64,000 bases of DNA from Moniliella sp. 'wahieum' (Eukaryota). The notes under the pieces were generated by a model, which made no database searches, was not told the origin of the DNA, and worked only from the letters and a program-made list of their open reading frames with translations. How positions within the stretch are numbered: position 1 is the stretch's first letter; every line of letters begins with the position of its first letter. Below, one piece after another: positions 13,162 through 27,191 of the stretch. Location of the stretch: contig RSEE01000062.1 in the NCBI GenBank assembly GCA_003971905.1, positions 62,001 to 126,000 on the forward strand, in the 5' to 3' direction. Position numbers and translations under genes: made by a program.

Positions 13162-14869
13162 ATGGCCGTCCAGTCCACCCTGGCCCTCGCCCCCGTCGAC
13201 CCGGCAGTGTACACGGCGGTGCAGAACGCCCATCGCCCCCCCGGCGCCTGTGGCTCTACCTCCTCCGCCTGCTGCTGCAGTATGCCTTCACCCTCCCCGT
13301 CGTCCTCGCCGCCACGCCCTTTGTCATTCTGCGCAACCTCTTCCCCTTTCTGCGCCACCATCCCGCATGGACCTTCAAGACAGGCGTCAGCACCACCTTG
13401 ATCCGCCTCGCCATCATCTGCATGGGCCTCATTCGCTTTGCCCCCGCCCCCCACTCCCAGTCGGGCTGGCTGCAGGGCAACTCGGCCTACAGCGGGCTGC
13501 TGGCCATCCTGCTCCAGCTCACCGCCTGGCGCAGCATGGGCAGCCGCATCTGGGCCGACACCCGTTCTGTGCCGCATTTGAGCCACCTCCATGGTCGCCG
13601 GCTGGACGAGGTGTGGGTCGCGCCGCCTCCGGTTGACTGGCTCCGGGGGCTGTTGGCCGTGCGGGACACGGCACAGCCACTGGACTGTCAGCTGTCCTAC
13701 TCGCCGCTCTACCGGGGCCGGCCCATGGTCGAGCCGGGCTTTGCCAAGCGGCACACCAAGTGCTACTGGTACCTGTCGCGCGGGACCAAGGTCCCGCCCC
13801 TGCCCGAGGATGCGGTGAAGAAACGTACCAAGCCCGTGCTGCTCTACTGCCATGGCGGTGCGGGCGTCAGCTTTTCAGCCGGGGACTTGTTTATGGGTGC
13901 TACGTTGGCTGCCTTTTTGGCCCGAAACGGCAATATCGACGTGTTTACCGTGGACTATGACTTGGCTCCTTATGCCAAGTACCCCACGACGATCGTCCAG
14001 CTGTTTGGTGCCTGGCTGTACCTTGTGATTGACCTGGGCTACGATCCGAGCCAGATCTTCTTTGGTGGTGACTCGTACGGTGGCTTGGCCACCTTACTGC
14101 TGGACCGGTACTTGCGGGACGTTTGGCCGCACCTCACGCCCCTTCGGCACGATCGTTTGCCGTGGCCGACCAGAAGTATACGTCCGAGTGGATTGAGCAG
14201 CGGGTAGCTAAATTCAGTGAGTTGCTAGGCCCGGCACCGGAACGTGCGCCGGTGAGTACGGCTGGCTTGGTCCTCTTTTCCCCCTGGTTGCATATCGAGG
14301 ACGAAGGGGAACTGTTCCTCAGCCGGGCCAAGGCGATGCGGTATGACATTGTTACCACGCGCTACATGCACTGGGGTACCGATAGTCTTCAAATGACCCA
14401 CAAGCACATCAAGTCCAATGCGTTGCCCGCCAGCTCGCCCTGGATCTCGCCCTGCTTTATGCCTGCTGACGAGTTGGCGCACATGCCGCCCATGTGGCTC
14501 GGGAACGGCGGAGCTGAGGCCCTGTTGTCCGAGGGCACCCACTTTGTTCGTTCGGCCCGCGCAGCCGGGGCCGACATTGAGCACCATGTGCTCCCAGGTA
14601 TGCCGCATGACTTTTACAGCATTCCATTTGAGATCAACAACGCCAAGAAGCACTATTCCTTGCTCAAGCCCTGGTTTCAGACCCATTACCAAGCCGCCCA
14701 ACAGAGGCAAACGCATGCCACGCACTCTCCCTCGGAGGAGAAGCGTGCGTTGGAAGCGGCCTGGGCAGATGCGACGAGCACCACCACCTCGGTTCCTACC
14801 GACGTAGAGGCCCAAGCTGCGCTCAGCACCTCGCTCACCGAATCGGGCGTGGTCGTGCCCTCCAACTAA
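13162..14869 (+). CDS. Alpha/beta hydrolase (hormone-sensitive-lipase-like esterase/lipase) with hydrophobic N-terminal segments; apparent frameshifts near 13240 and ~14150-14200
   Basis: HGGAG oxyanion motif, VDYDLAP..KYP, GDSYGG nucleophile elbow, SPW, and GMPHDF catalytic His, spread over ORFs 13069+, 12816+ and 14123+. Confidence 0.88.
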
Positions 14870-15303
14870 CTCGTCCTCCCGCTTCCGCACCGCCACAGTC
14901 ATCCACCAAGCCCGACGTTTCAGCGTTGGAACCCCCCCCCCCCCCCCAGGCCCCACTCGACACCTGTGATACAGGCTACTGAGGCCACCAAGCCGAATTG
15001 GATCTGAACTACACAAAACAAACAGTGAATATAGATCGAGCTAATGCAACTGCAACAGGAGCGTAGCGAGGGACTAGGGATGTGGATAGCCATTCATGTC
15101 ATGTACGCATGTACAGGGTCCCAGTTCAAAGGAAGGAAGTGCATTGCTAGCGGCGGCCAAGGTAGATGGGAAGAAGGAAGAGGCGAGGGCGGGGGGGGGG
15201 GGAGGGGGAGACAAGGAAGGGCAACCGGGCTTACTTGCCACGGAAAAATTTGCTGATGGACTTGCCCGACAAGCCAGTGCGTTTCGGCACGGTCTTAGTT
15301 TCG

Positions 15304-18300
15304 TCATGGGGGGGCAGGGGGTCGGGTGGGGGGGGTGGCTGGGTCGGCGTCGCTGCGGCGGGCCGAGAGGTCGGAGGAGAGAGAAGGGCGGGTGTGCGAC
15401 GGCCGCGCAGCTGGGCGCGGGGTACGACACTCTTTCGAGGAAAGAGAAGGTGGGTGGATGGATGGGGCGGAAAGCGAGGGTGTCGGGGCGGTCCAAATGG
15501 GTTTAGGTTTGGACTTCCGGGTACGATCGCGGGCGGGAGGAGCACCGTACATGGCCGTTAAAAACGACGCGTCGAGGTCCCGCTTGGGCTCCGAGATGGG
15601 GCCCAAATGTTTCGCCCGCACACGGTGGAAGGAGAGGAGAGAGTTGGGCCGACGCGCATACGCAGCTGGCGCCGAGGCCGTGGTGTAAATGCTGGCTTGG
15701 TCGTCCGAGGTAGAAGACAGACTCAATCGAGAGCCGCGATCGGGCCACAGGACCGACTTGGGAGGAAGACTAGCTCGCTTATCGTCCCACGCACCAGACG
15801 AGGACGAGGCCGAAACCGAAGCCGAAGCTGAGGAGAGAAGGGGACCCGGCCGTGAATGGCTGGAGCTCTTGCGGTGCCCGCGTTTGCGTCGGCGCGGTCG
15901 GCTGGGTTCGACAACCGATCCTTCCTCATCCGATCCTTCCAGCGCATCATCTGGCTGCACCGTGATCGGCGTGGAAGGCGCAGATCCGTCAAAGAAACTT
16001 TGCTCGTGACCCGATGACGACGGATGCGGAGAGGACTCCCTAGCCCCTTCAGGAGCGGAACTGGAAGCTTGCGCGGAGGTAGGCGCGGGGGCAGAGATGG
16101 CAGCAGCAGCGGAGACCGGATCGGAGGGAGGGAGGGGCCGAAATTGAGGCTGAAGTTGGAGTGCAGGTTGGGGCAGGAGCTGGAGTAGATGTGGATGTAA
16201 CGGTTGAGGCAGAGGCAGAGGCAGAAGCAGAGGCAGAGGCAGAGGCAGAGGCAGAGGCGGAGACAGAGGCAGAGGCAGAGGCAGAAGCAGACGCAGACGC
16301 AGAGACACAGGGAGAATCAGGAGCGGAGGCAGATTCAGGGGCAGAAGGGCTGAACCCAAGGGGTGAATGAGGAGAACTGGCACTGCGATCGGGATTGGAT
16401 GCCAAGGCAAGCGATGCTTCAGCTGGCTTGGCCGCCTTGCCATCCCGACCTGCACTCATCGTTCCCTCGGCGCCCAAGGTGGGGTCGACGACGCCAAGGG
16501 TGGGCTTGGCGAGCATGGGCATGCGCGGAGGCCGCATGGGGGTAGCGGACGCCGGAGCAGGAGCAGGAGGGGCAGGAACGGTAGGACCGCGAGGGGCCAG
16601 AGACGAGTCGTCATCGCTTGCACCGTCCGTGGACGGCAGACCGGTTCCCCCTCCGAAAAACTGGATTGGGCCGCACTGGGCGTAGGGGGGATACTGCCTG
16701 GGTACTCGGGCGAAGGGGAAGAAGTCACGCTCTCCTCGCGCACCGTCGACGGCATGTGATGCAATGTATAGCTGCCCTGGGGCGGATGGTCAAACGAAGG
16801 CGGCAGGACACGAGGTTGCGACGCAGGGGATTGGTGGGGCAAGCGCGGGCTAGGGCGGGAGGAAGCAGGCAGCGCCGCGGGCGAGGCCAGGCCGGACGTA
16901 CGCGAGGGAGGACGGGAAAAGCAAAGTGATTCCGTCCGTGACCGCGAGGGCTCAAGGGGGGTAGTGATGCCCATGCTCGCGCCCCTCGAGGGCGCGGGCC
17001 GGTGAGTAGGGGAGGAAACGCCCATGTGCGCCGGGAGCTGGGCCACCCACGTACCAAATTCAGCCGCACTGACGCGCATGCCAGATGAAGCATCGTTGAG
17101 CACGCGCGTGGCGAGGAAGTTGGCAGCCAAAGGCGTCAGGCCATCAAAGGCCGACATGAGAAACCCTTCTGGGTCCTCACGGAAGGCGGCAAAGGAAGGG
17201 CACTTGGCCACCGATGGCTCTTGGAACGGGTTCCGATGGAACAGCATGTTGAGCAAAATCACTCCCAAGGACCACACGTCCGCCACCTTGGGATCATACG
17301 TCGGCTCCACATCGTTGCAGCAGCATTCTAGGGCCCCCAAGCACGGGTTAGTGGACTGTCCAAGTAAGAAACGCAGTGCGACTAAGGGAGAAGGACGTAC
17401 CGTAGGACATGTAAGGCCGTGATCCGCATTCAAAGTCGATGCAACGCTCCTGGTTGGTGGCCAGGCCAAAGTCGGTGAGTTTGACGATTACCTTGCTAGG
17501 CTCGGTGGTGCTGGTAGACGTGTCGGAGACTACACTTGTTGATCCCGCCTCATCCGAAGGCGTCGGCGAGGCCGGCCGAGAGTACAGCAGCGGCAACGCT
17601 CGCCGATCCTCAACGATAAAGTTCTCAGGCTTGAGGTCGCGATGCGCAATGCCGCGATCATGACAAAACTGGACTGCTTCGCACATTTGCTGGAACATGC
17701 GACTGATGAGCCGGAGACGACGCCACGACAGAATGGAGAAGCCATTGGTCATGGCCAGCAGCGAGGGATCGGGCGGGGTGGAGCCAGCGTCAGTCACGGG
17801 CGCGATCAGAGTTTCGTCTTCGGACGACGGCTCGTGATATAAGGGCATGGGACTGTCAATATCATCCTGCGCCTGTTCCAGCCAGTAGAACATGTCCTGC
17901 CCAGGACAATACTCCAGCACGAGGAAGAGCCACTCGGGCGTCTCATACGTGCAGTAGAGGGTCACGATGTTGGAGTGGGGGGGGAGGGACTGGTGGATGG
18001 ACGCCTCAAGCCGTTGCACCTCGAGCATGCGCGGGCTCAAGTCCCGCTTACACAGACACTTGAGTGCAAATTGACGAGGGCCTTGCACGGGCGTCGGAGG
18101 CAAGGTAGCACATGCTCCCCCATTGACGCTCCCCGCTGCACTGGACCCAGGACGGGTGCGTGGATCGGGCCTGTCCAGTTTGTCCTGTCTGTCCAGCTTG
18201 TCCTGCTTATCCTGCTTCTGGAGAAAGAGGGCGGGGGCTTTGCTCCGGACGAAGAGTAGCCTCGTTGAGCTGGAACCCAGACCAGTCGCCAGAAGTAAAA

Positions 18301-20376
18301 TCGTCCTCGTCCTCTTCATCCTCAAAGCGAGACTGCATGCCCATCGGTACCGCGAGGGGGGTTGAGCCAAAGAGGTCCTCAGCATCCGATCCTCGAGGAC
18401 CCTGGACGACCGTATCGACGCTGCCGACGGAGAACATGTCGGAACCGTTGGGAACCGAGCCAGGAGGGGCGGGGTCGAAGGTTGGATGGCCATCGCGCCA
18501 GCTACACTGGGTTCCTGTCCATTGTGCTCCAGGGCACGCCGGCGTAGACGTTCATCCTCTTCCTGCTCGGCAAGGCGCTCAGCTTCGGCGAGCGAGTCTC
18601 TTGGTTCTGTCGTGGGCACTTCTTGCACGAGGTATACACAAGCATAGCTCCCCTCGCCTAACTTGCGCACCACCTCCAATTGGCCCTCAATCTCGCAAAT
18701 CCGTTCCTTAACCCCAGCAGCCGTGTCGGCAACGCGAACGAGGTAGCCATCGTGCCGCATACCGGGAGCCAATCGATCACCCGGCTCAAAAATGTCCACC
18801 ACACCTTCCATGCCCATGCCAGAGGCGAGGCTGGTCCGACGCGACGCAAGGTAGCTGTCGGTGAGACTCATGCTGTCCCTGCTGCCGCGTGACGGCCGGC
18901 CAAATCCCATCCCACGAGCGCCATTGCCTCCATTGGAATCAAGATCGTCCATATCATCCACACCAAACATATACTCCCTCCGGAAAGGGTGGATACTTAG
19001 ATCGGAGCCCAACGACGCCCAGGAGGCCCGGTGCGATCCGAGCTGCCAAGATGGCCGCGGCTCTGGCGCAGGTGGGTCCAGGGTCTCAGTAAGCGTCGTA
19101 TCTTCCGGCGAGGGCCCATCCAGCGCGCTAGGCCGGCGCTGGCCATGCAAGCTTGGCTCCCGAGCCAGATCAAAAGTCTTAGGTGAAGAGAGAACGGAAT
19201 GGACTTCGGTCGGCGAATCGCACTGAGACGGAGGCGGGAAGGACTCGTCGGGCGCCTGAATGGAGAGGGAGGGCTGACGAAAATGGCCTTGGCCACCTCC
19301 TTCCTCATTCTCGCCCTTTGAGAGAGGGGGAGAACCAGGCGGAGGCCGAGGCGAGACGTGGGGTGCTCCTTGGCGTGCCACGCAGCGAGTTGGTGCGCAC
19401 TCCACGATCGTAATGTGCCACGCCGGGAGGGAGCAGGCCAATCGAGTCTTTATGCCGCAAATGGGGAGGACGATAGACTTGGGGTGCATGAGGCGCTTCT
19501 TCTCTCGTCAAGTTTGGTCCCGGTGTAGGGGCGCGCATATCAGGCATGACCGCAGGGGCGTCCGCTGGGATTGGAGACAGCCCTGGTCCACGCGGGAAGG
19601 GGGACAGCCGCCGATTGGGTGGTGGTACGGGGTGAGGCGAGCGGGCTAGGGCCAGCGGAGGACGACACGGAGGTAGGGGCTGGGGCCTGACCAATGGCTT
19701 GCAGGTACAGAGAACTAGCGGACAAAGCAGCGGTGGGAGGAAAGCCCGGATCAGGTGCAGGCGAGTGGGAGTACGCATGCGGGTGGCTCCATCGCGGGGC
19801 AGATGGAGACAGCGCAGGCGAATGAATGGGCGAACGAGAAAAGCCGAGCGGCCGACCAGGCGCACCGGCCACACGGGCAGCCGGGGGGACATACCGCGCG
19901 AGCGGGGGGGCGAGGGTAGGAGCAGTTGCCGATACGGGAGGGGGAGCAGAGCCCGAAGATGATGCGCCGGGCACGGGGGGCTTGGAGATCAGGACAGCAC
20001 TGGCGGCGGGGCCAACGGGAGGGCGGGGGCGGGCGGGAGGCAAGTTGAGGCCAGATGCGGGGGATGGGCGGGGAGGCACGGCGGCAGTGCCGGAAAGGCC
20101 ATTTGGAGGGGGTGGCTGGAACGAGGAGAGGGGGAGGGGGATGGGCCTTGGCATTGGCCTTGGCCCCTGGCGAGTGAGAGCAGCCTTGGCGAACGGGCTG
20201 AGGCCGAGCGGGCGGTCGAGAGTGGAAGCGGGCGGGGGCTTGTGTTTGTTCTTGTTCTTGGCCGCAGCGGAGGCGTGGGTATGGGAGCCAAAGCCAAGCG
20301 TGGCGGCGGCGCGGGAGGCACCGCGGGCAGGCCAAGGCGTCGACGAGGCGTCAGAACGGGCGGATGAGAAGGGCAT
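15304..20376 (-). CDS. Ser/Thr protein kinase of the Ran1/Pat1-Ksp1-Sks1 type with long Pro/Ser-rich N- and C-terminal extensions; several frameshifts, both ends approximate
   Basis: LGEGSYACV, FALKCL, LFLVLEYC, HRDLKPENF, KLTDFGLAT, CGSRPYMSYEC (joined across intron 17400..17328, GTACGT...ACTAAC...TAG) and ADVWSLGVILLNMLFHRNPF. Confidence 0.88.
16205..16307. repeat. GAGGCA hexanucleotide microsatellite, apparently encoding an (SA)n tract in the kinase C-terminal tail
   Basis: Tandem GAGGCA units with GAAGCA/GAGACA/GACGCA variants. The minus-strand frame reads SASASASA. Confidence 0.9.
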
Positions 20377-21814
20377 CAACGCTCAGTGCGGCGCACCTGG
20401 GCTCAGCGCGACGCTCCGACAGCGAGGGGGGGAGAGGGAGGGAGGGGAGAGGAGAGGAGAGGAGAGGAGGAGAGGAAGAGAGGTGGGCGGGGGAGGAAAG
20501 GGAGCGTAGGCGATGGGGGGCACAGCGCAGGCGGTCGGGATGGAGCGTCAGATGGGAGCGGGGGGTGGTGTTGGGTGGGGGTGGGTGGAGGCAACAGCAG
20601 GGGTTGGGTTGGGCAGTGCCGGTTATGTGGCTGTGGCCTGCTGGGCCTGCTGTGGCTGCGGGCGGGCGGCGGTGTGAAGCGTGCAGGGACTGTGCATGGC
20701 TCGAACTCTGAGACGGCGACGTCTTCACGTGATCAGCGTTCCGCCTCCGAAAGAGCAGGCCTTGGGCCTTGGGAGGCATGGCGTGTGACCGTGACACGGC
20801 AGGGTGACAGCGACCGGTGACATGCGACAGAACGCCAGATGGGCGCACCACAGCGCACCTCGCACGACCCCCCACCGCACGATGCATGCCATCCGCGTAC
20901 GTCCCCATGGCTCGGCCCGGAGGGAGCACCAGTCATCGATCACCCATCGTCCCGCTGACGTGTGGCTTTCTGTTGCTTTCTGCTGCGTCTTTGCTTTCTG
21001 TTGCGTTCTGTGCTTTCTTCTGCATCCCACATCCCGTTGGGAGCACTTGTCTCAGAGCAATCCACGGAAGCTCGATAGCGCGAGAGCAGGGCGGAACCAC
21101 ACTAGGCGGAATACTAATAGCCGGCAGAAGGGAATCCCACTGCCGCGTTACGTAGCCAGTGCTCCCCTCTGGCCTGGATCCATTAGCCATAGGTACGTCA
21201 TAGGTCTCCGTCTGGACGTCTCATGCTGTTCAGTCATCTCGCCCTGGCCATATCTACGCTGCGCTACTAGCACGCATTCTTCAGCATTCTGAGTTGACCT
21301 CTATCTTCCCCATGCCTGGTGATGGCTGCAAGACGGAGACAGAGGTAAGCGCTGCAAGAGAACTTACAGAAATAAGGCACGCGGTATATCTACAAGTACT
21401 GCGGTTTAAGCGCTTAGCGCTTAGCCGTCATATACAGTGCCAGGAGAATGACAGCTTTTTGCTAGGCCCCTCAGACAGTGCCGCCTACGGAAAGAAGGCA
21501 TGATAGCATGATGCCATCCATCGACACCTGCAAGCGAGGCTGTCGGGGAGGCATCCTGGGTCTGGTTGGGGCTAAGCGAGGCACATTCGAATCGATGCAC
21601 TCCAACTCAGTGGGATGCAGCCCGTGCGCTCTGTGACAGCCGAAGAAGCACCGCCCTGTGTGCCGCGCGTACGCTTCTATCGGTATCGTGTGCGCAGCCC
21701 CGTTGAGCTATACACAGCATGCGCTACTTGCTTCCGCTCTCTCGACCTGCTCTCTACGCAGCCGCCACCATCTCATCTGTCCTTATCAGCTACCCCCCTC
21801 CCCTCCCCTGCGCC

Positions 21815-24800
21815 ATGAGCCACACTCCTTCTCACCCGCACACTATCGATTCGCGCACACTGCCAGATGCATTCCCACCGCGACCACTACCAGCTCAACA
21901 GGGTCTCATCCCACCGGCGCCGCCGAATCCCAGCCCACCTTCGGCGGATAGCCCTTGAAACGAACCACGATCGTTTTTTCGTCTACATCCCCGTCAATCC
22001 CCAAGGCGAATATATCCTTTCGGCATCCCTTCCTGATGATAACAGTGGTAATGTTAGTGCCCAAGCTGGTGCTGCTGCTACAACTCCCGGTGGCATCCCT
22101 GATGATCGGATGGGGCGGGACCGTCCTGCTACCGTTGTCAGAAATACTGGGCGGGTTGTCTTTCATACCCCGATGCACAGCTTCCCAGGAATCCGCTCCC
22201 TGCTCGGCTTCTTTCTCACGGTTCGCACCTTTATTGTTTATTCGCAACCTTCCAACGTGGAAGACATACGCCTCTCTATGGTTCATGAACTTCGTCAGGG
22301 AAACCGCAGGTATGAAGCTCTTCGCACCCTCAGTTCTTCTGCGCACGTGCCTGACTGTTTGTTATGGATCTTGCTCTTGTTTGTGGTTGGTAGAATAACT
22401 GTGCGAGTGCACCAAAAAGTGATCTACATTATCCACCTACCAGGCATCCCATTCGTCCATGTTGCTGTTCCCGCCACAGTGACCCTCTTGCTTCGCCTGA
22501 ATGAGGTAACAGAGGTCCCGATCCTGACGGAGTGGAATGTCCAGTACTTGTCTTGGCGCGGAACAGCCGTGCCAGCAAATGTTGGTGACGTACCAACCGT
22601 CACCAGACCTACACAATTCCAATCCTGCTTCTGTTGGCTGGTCCAGACCATCCTGTGTCTCTTTCGTATACTTTGGACAGATATTTTCTCCCACCCCGGC
22701 TCCTTTCAGTCTTCCCCGTACCCGGCTCATCGGCGAACCGGCTCTATTCGATGACGGGGTTATTTAGGACCCCGTACAGTCCCTCTACTGAGGGGGGTGG
22801 ATCCCTCCCCACCCAGCTGGGACAATATACCGGTCGATCTGGTGGACGAGACCTTCTCCTCTATTCTCGCCTTCCCAATGCCGGCCGCACCTCCTACCAC
22901 CCCTCTCCATCATTCCGTGGCTCAGCTTGCACACTGCGTTTGACTCTGCAGGGGATAGACACGCATTGCGTAGCACCGCTCGGAACGTAGCCATAAGGGT
23001 AGGAATGGTCACTGCAAGACAAGCCCCCCCCAACAACCCCCAACAACCTGCAAGAGCCAATCGCCCTGAACCCACCTTTGTCGCTTTGAGCCAAGGCAAC
23101 CCACCGGTGCTTCACGCGCCCAACCCTTTCCCATTGTCGTCGCGGCGTCCGGATCGTAGGCACGTTCCTCCTCGAACCATCTTGACGGATCCAGAAGAAA
23201 TACTCAGACAACGTGCGCATCAGATTCGGCGGCAAATAGCCGCAACACGCTTGCGTGCGCGTTCAAGGCTTGGTGCCGATGTGTCCCTCCCTTCAAGAGG
23301 CCGAGGTGGAAGAGGGGGAGGAAAGTGATCACGAACGAGCAGAAGGGGGCGGCGCGACGGTGACCACGATGTCCTCGGTCACGGGTTAGAGGTGGCGGGT
23401 GGCGGACGATGGGGAAGAAAGTGATGAGGAGGAGGAGCCACCAAGCGACGATACTGGTTCGGTCACGCAGGCTGCTCCCACCCTGGAGAAGCGGGGCAAA
23501 CCATTAGTGCCCGCCCCGTGCCCGTCCCTCCGCGCCCGCAAGTGAGAGTTACTCACCCGCATTCGGGTTCATCAAGTGATTTGGCTCCCCCCCTCGTCAC
23601 CGGGAACGGGGCGGGCACCCTTTTTCCCTTGGCCGCGAATCGGACATCACACCAGCCCCTTTCATCGTGGAGACAAAACCCAGAAAGAGATCCCGCCCTG
23701 CCCCAGGGCAGTGACCAACCCGCACCCGAGACCCAAGTGGACCATCCCAACCGACATCGTCGCTTTGGGTCGCTCGGCACGTGGACCCACCGGCATGCTC
23801 CACCGTGTTAGGGACAGAATCCGATACGCTTCGCGTGAGCGTCGAGTGCTTGGCACTTTACCGCCTCGGGTCTCTTCTCCGATCCACGACCCGAACGAGC
23901 CGACAGGATCGGCACCCCTATTACCAGAGGGTATGGAAGGCCTGCGGGACTTCGTACCGGGTTGCAGCAAGAAGCACCGCCCCTCTCCTTTGGATGGGAA
24001 CGTGCCCCGCGGACACAGCCCCAAACCCAAACCCTCGACCAAGAGGGGCGTATTTTGTTCCCCATGGCTGGTCAGACGGTCGACGCATCCCCCCCAGTAA
24101 TACTGGAGCCAAGTCTACAACTCGATCCAAAAATCTCGCCTCAATAGTATCCCCTGGTGTACTCGAGCCATCACGGCCTGCCCCGCCAGTGCCCACTGGC
24201 GTACTCCGGCCAACACGTCCCGAACCGGTACCATCCCCAAGTCTACTCGAGCCAACACGTCCCGCCCCAGCAGTGCCCACGGACGTACTCGATCCAAGTC
24301 CAACTCCGGGAATATCTCCAGAGTTCCTGGAGCCAAGTCTCGTACCGGTATTACCCCCGGAGCAATTACTAGGTGTGCAAGGTCCGTCTTCGTCACTTTC
24401 CGGTTTCCTCCTGTCGAAGGGGACCCGATGAGTTCGGTGATGGCAAGTCAGGCCCCTCGTGCGCCCTTGCGCCAGGAAGGAACACTGCCAAGGCCCAGTA
24501 GTAGGCCTGGATCAGATCGATTATCATACGAGAAAACGTTCAAAGCCCACCGTCCGGGAGTGGCCAGAGGGGCCCGGCACAGCTCCAGCGTCCGCACAAC
24601 GTACTTTTGTGATTGAACCCATCCAAGAGGGGCAAGAAGAACAGTCGAGCTCGAGTGGTCAACCCTTGAACCCTTGCAGGAAACTCCTCAGCGTCCCAGA
24701 GGGTTCGATGGCGATGAAGAAATTACCGCAAACCCTAATGAGGCATTTGTTCTTCCACCGGGTGGGAGTACCGAAGCTGATCCGAGCCCGCACCCCTTTC

Positions 24801-26154
24801 CAGCCGCCCACCAATCTACCATGTCAGACTCCGGCACTCGTTCCAGTCCCGCATTCAACCCCGATCCTGGATTCCTGGGCTCGTTTGGTGCGAGATCGAC
24901 GTCTAGCATGGTCTTCCCCGGGGGGGTGGAAAGAGCACTCTCTCCGTCGCAAGCGTGGGAAGAGTTGTATCAACTCATGATTACGGATCTAGCCGAGAGG
25001 CGCGTGTGGTTTGGATGCGCAATGTATGGGCTTCGCTTGTCAGGATGTACGGCCCTGATGCCCCCGACGAACTGAGAGCAGGTGTACCGCCTATCAGTCC
25101 ACACCTTGCCAATCGGGCTCGCCCTGTTACCACCCAAAAACCCACCGGGCCCATCTTGGCCACCTCTTCTTCCCCGCCGCAAGGCCGAGAGCGCATTCCG
25201 TCCATCCCTCGCAACACTCCCACTCCCACGTCGTCTAATCCTAACCCGACTCGGAATCCGAATCCGAATCCAACTGGCTCTACTTCTACGTGCCTCCCCT
25301 CCCTCACCCCGCGACCTTGGCACCGACACCTCGTCCTGATCCGCGTGGTCTCCCGACGCTGAACCCCAATCCAGCTCAACAAGTATTTCCAGCACCCTCC
25401 TCCGATCGTTTCCCCCCACCCTTTCGATCCACCCTTTCCCCCGGGGCAGCTGCAGGTGTCCGGTGACCCCGTGGCTGCCGCTCAGCTGCGCACCTGGGAG
25501 ATCCAACGCAGGAACACAGTGGAGTGGCTTTCACTAGCAATGCGTCGCAGATTCCCACCACGGAAGAATGCGTTACTCCCCGACAGAAACGGGTCGCGTT
25601 GGTCGCCCGATACCCCTTCGGATCAGGAAGCCAGTGCAGAAGAGAGCAACCGGGTGATCAAGAGGGTGAACAGGCGCCGGAAGAGGGCGGTGGTCAAGGT
25701 GCGGATGAAGGTGTGGAGGGGTTTGAAAATCTGTCGATCAACCACGGCTGAAGAGGAGGGGGATGAAGGGGTCGAAGAAGGGTCGAAGAAGGGGTCGAAG
25801 AAGGGTGTCAACGGCTGCTCAAGCGGAGCAAGAGGATCAGCGGGCTTGAAGAAGAGGCTGGAGTGGAGATTGGGGAGCAGGAGTAGAAGCGTTGTCGGAG
25901 CCACGGTACAATGTTGGAAGAAGTGCACGTCTGCGAGGCTTCTTTTCGGCCAGCAGTTTGCACCATCCCCAACATCTGTGACCATGTTGTCAATCACCTT
26001 TTCTCTCTTCCCTGAGCCATCGCCTAAAATAAAAATCAAAAAGAAGAATCATGACCGTTGTGTCGCTTTCTTTCTTTCTCGGCAAGAGCTTGACGGATTC
26101 AATGTCCTGTTGATATCTCGAACACGTATACATACACCCTTCACTCCAGGGTGA
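21815..26154 (+). CDS. Large hypothetical protein (Pro-rich, internal LEP[ST] repeats), fragmented by frameshifts; may be more than one gene
   Basis: Chain of overlapping plus-strand ORFs (21719, 21867, 22927, 23576, 23781, 24674, 24955, 25456) with protein-like composition. I recognised no domain. Confidence 0.35.
24100..24340 (+). repeat. Degenerate ~42-bp (14-codon) tandem repeat
   Basis: Units translate VLEPSRPAPPVPTG / VLRPTRPEPVPSPS / LLEPTRPAPAVPTD / VLDPSPTPGISPE / FLEPS. Confidence 0.8.
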
Positions 26155-27191
26155 TTGTTGGCCTATGTGCCAGTCTTTTTATCCTTTTCCGGTTTCCTTT
26201 TTCACCCACATTCTACTCAAGCATCCACTCATTCACTCTCGTTTAAGCATCCATCCACATTCGCTCTCGTTGTTTCTTTTTTCGTTCAGCCCTCGTGTAT
26301 TCCCTCCTTCTATTCATTCCGGTGAATAAAGGACAGGGAGATCGTCCTGTATCGCAACTTATGTTTGAAGTCATTGTTCCAATACCTGTTTTTCAACACC
26401 ATTCCCCATTCTCACCAGTTTCCATGTTCAAGTCAATGAAGAGAAGCGTTCCAGGTTCTCGAGAGGGCACCTGTGTTCGCTTCTTAACTGACAATTCTAT
26501 GATTCCTTTTCATGTCGCTTTGGTTGATGCGTATATAGAAGCCGGTATAATACCCACCTGAAGAACAAATGGGCCCACTGGGACTAGAGCCACAATCGTA
26601 CCTTGGCGGTGTTCTACTGTGGAGCCAGCCAGAGTCGATCTAGGAAAGAAGTGAATTCAATTCAGGCACCAAGGTTCAATGTGCAATGTCAATGTGCAAT
26701 GTGCAATGTTCAATGTTCGCAGCTCCGATTTCATTGGGCCGATGCCAATGACGAGAGGGATGAGGTAAGCAGCAGAGCAGGCGGGGGCACAGCAGCAGTC
26801 TGCCGCCGTCCTATATCTCCGTCGGCCGAGCACGAGGGCCAGAAGCCTGCTGCTACTCCGCTGCTGCCCCTTTGGCTTCGCTGGGGCACATAGGCTTGAG
26901 TAGGCTGAGCTTTGCCGTTGCCTTTGCCTTTGTCGCCCCTCGTCTTGGCCCTCGTCCTCGCCTCGCCCCCGTCCTCGCCCCCGCTCGCCCTCGCCCCCCC
27001 GTCCTCGCCTCGCCCCCGTCCTCGCCCCCGTCCCCGCCCTCGGCTTCATCCCCGCCTTCTCTCGTCTTCCCCCTCACCCTCGCTCTCCCGCTCGGATACG
27101 TGTGGCATTTGCCCTTGCGCTGTGCCACCCCTCACCTCCCATCTCGCTGCGGCTGCCCCCTGCCGTCGCCCTCACCTTCCCTTTGCCACTC

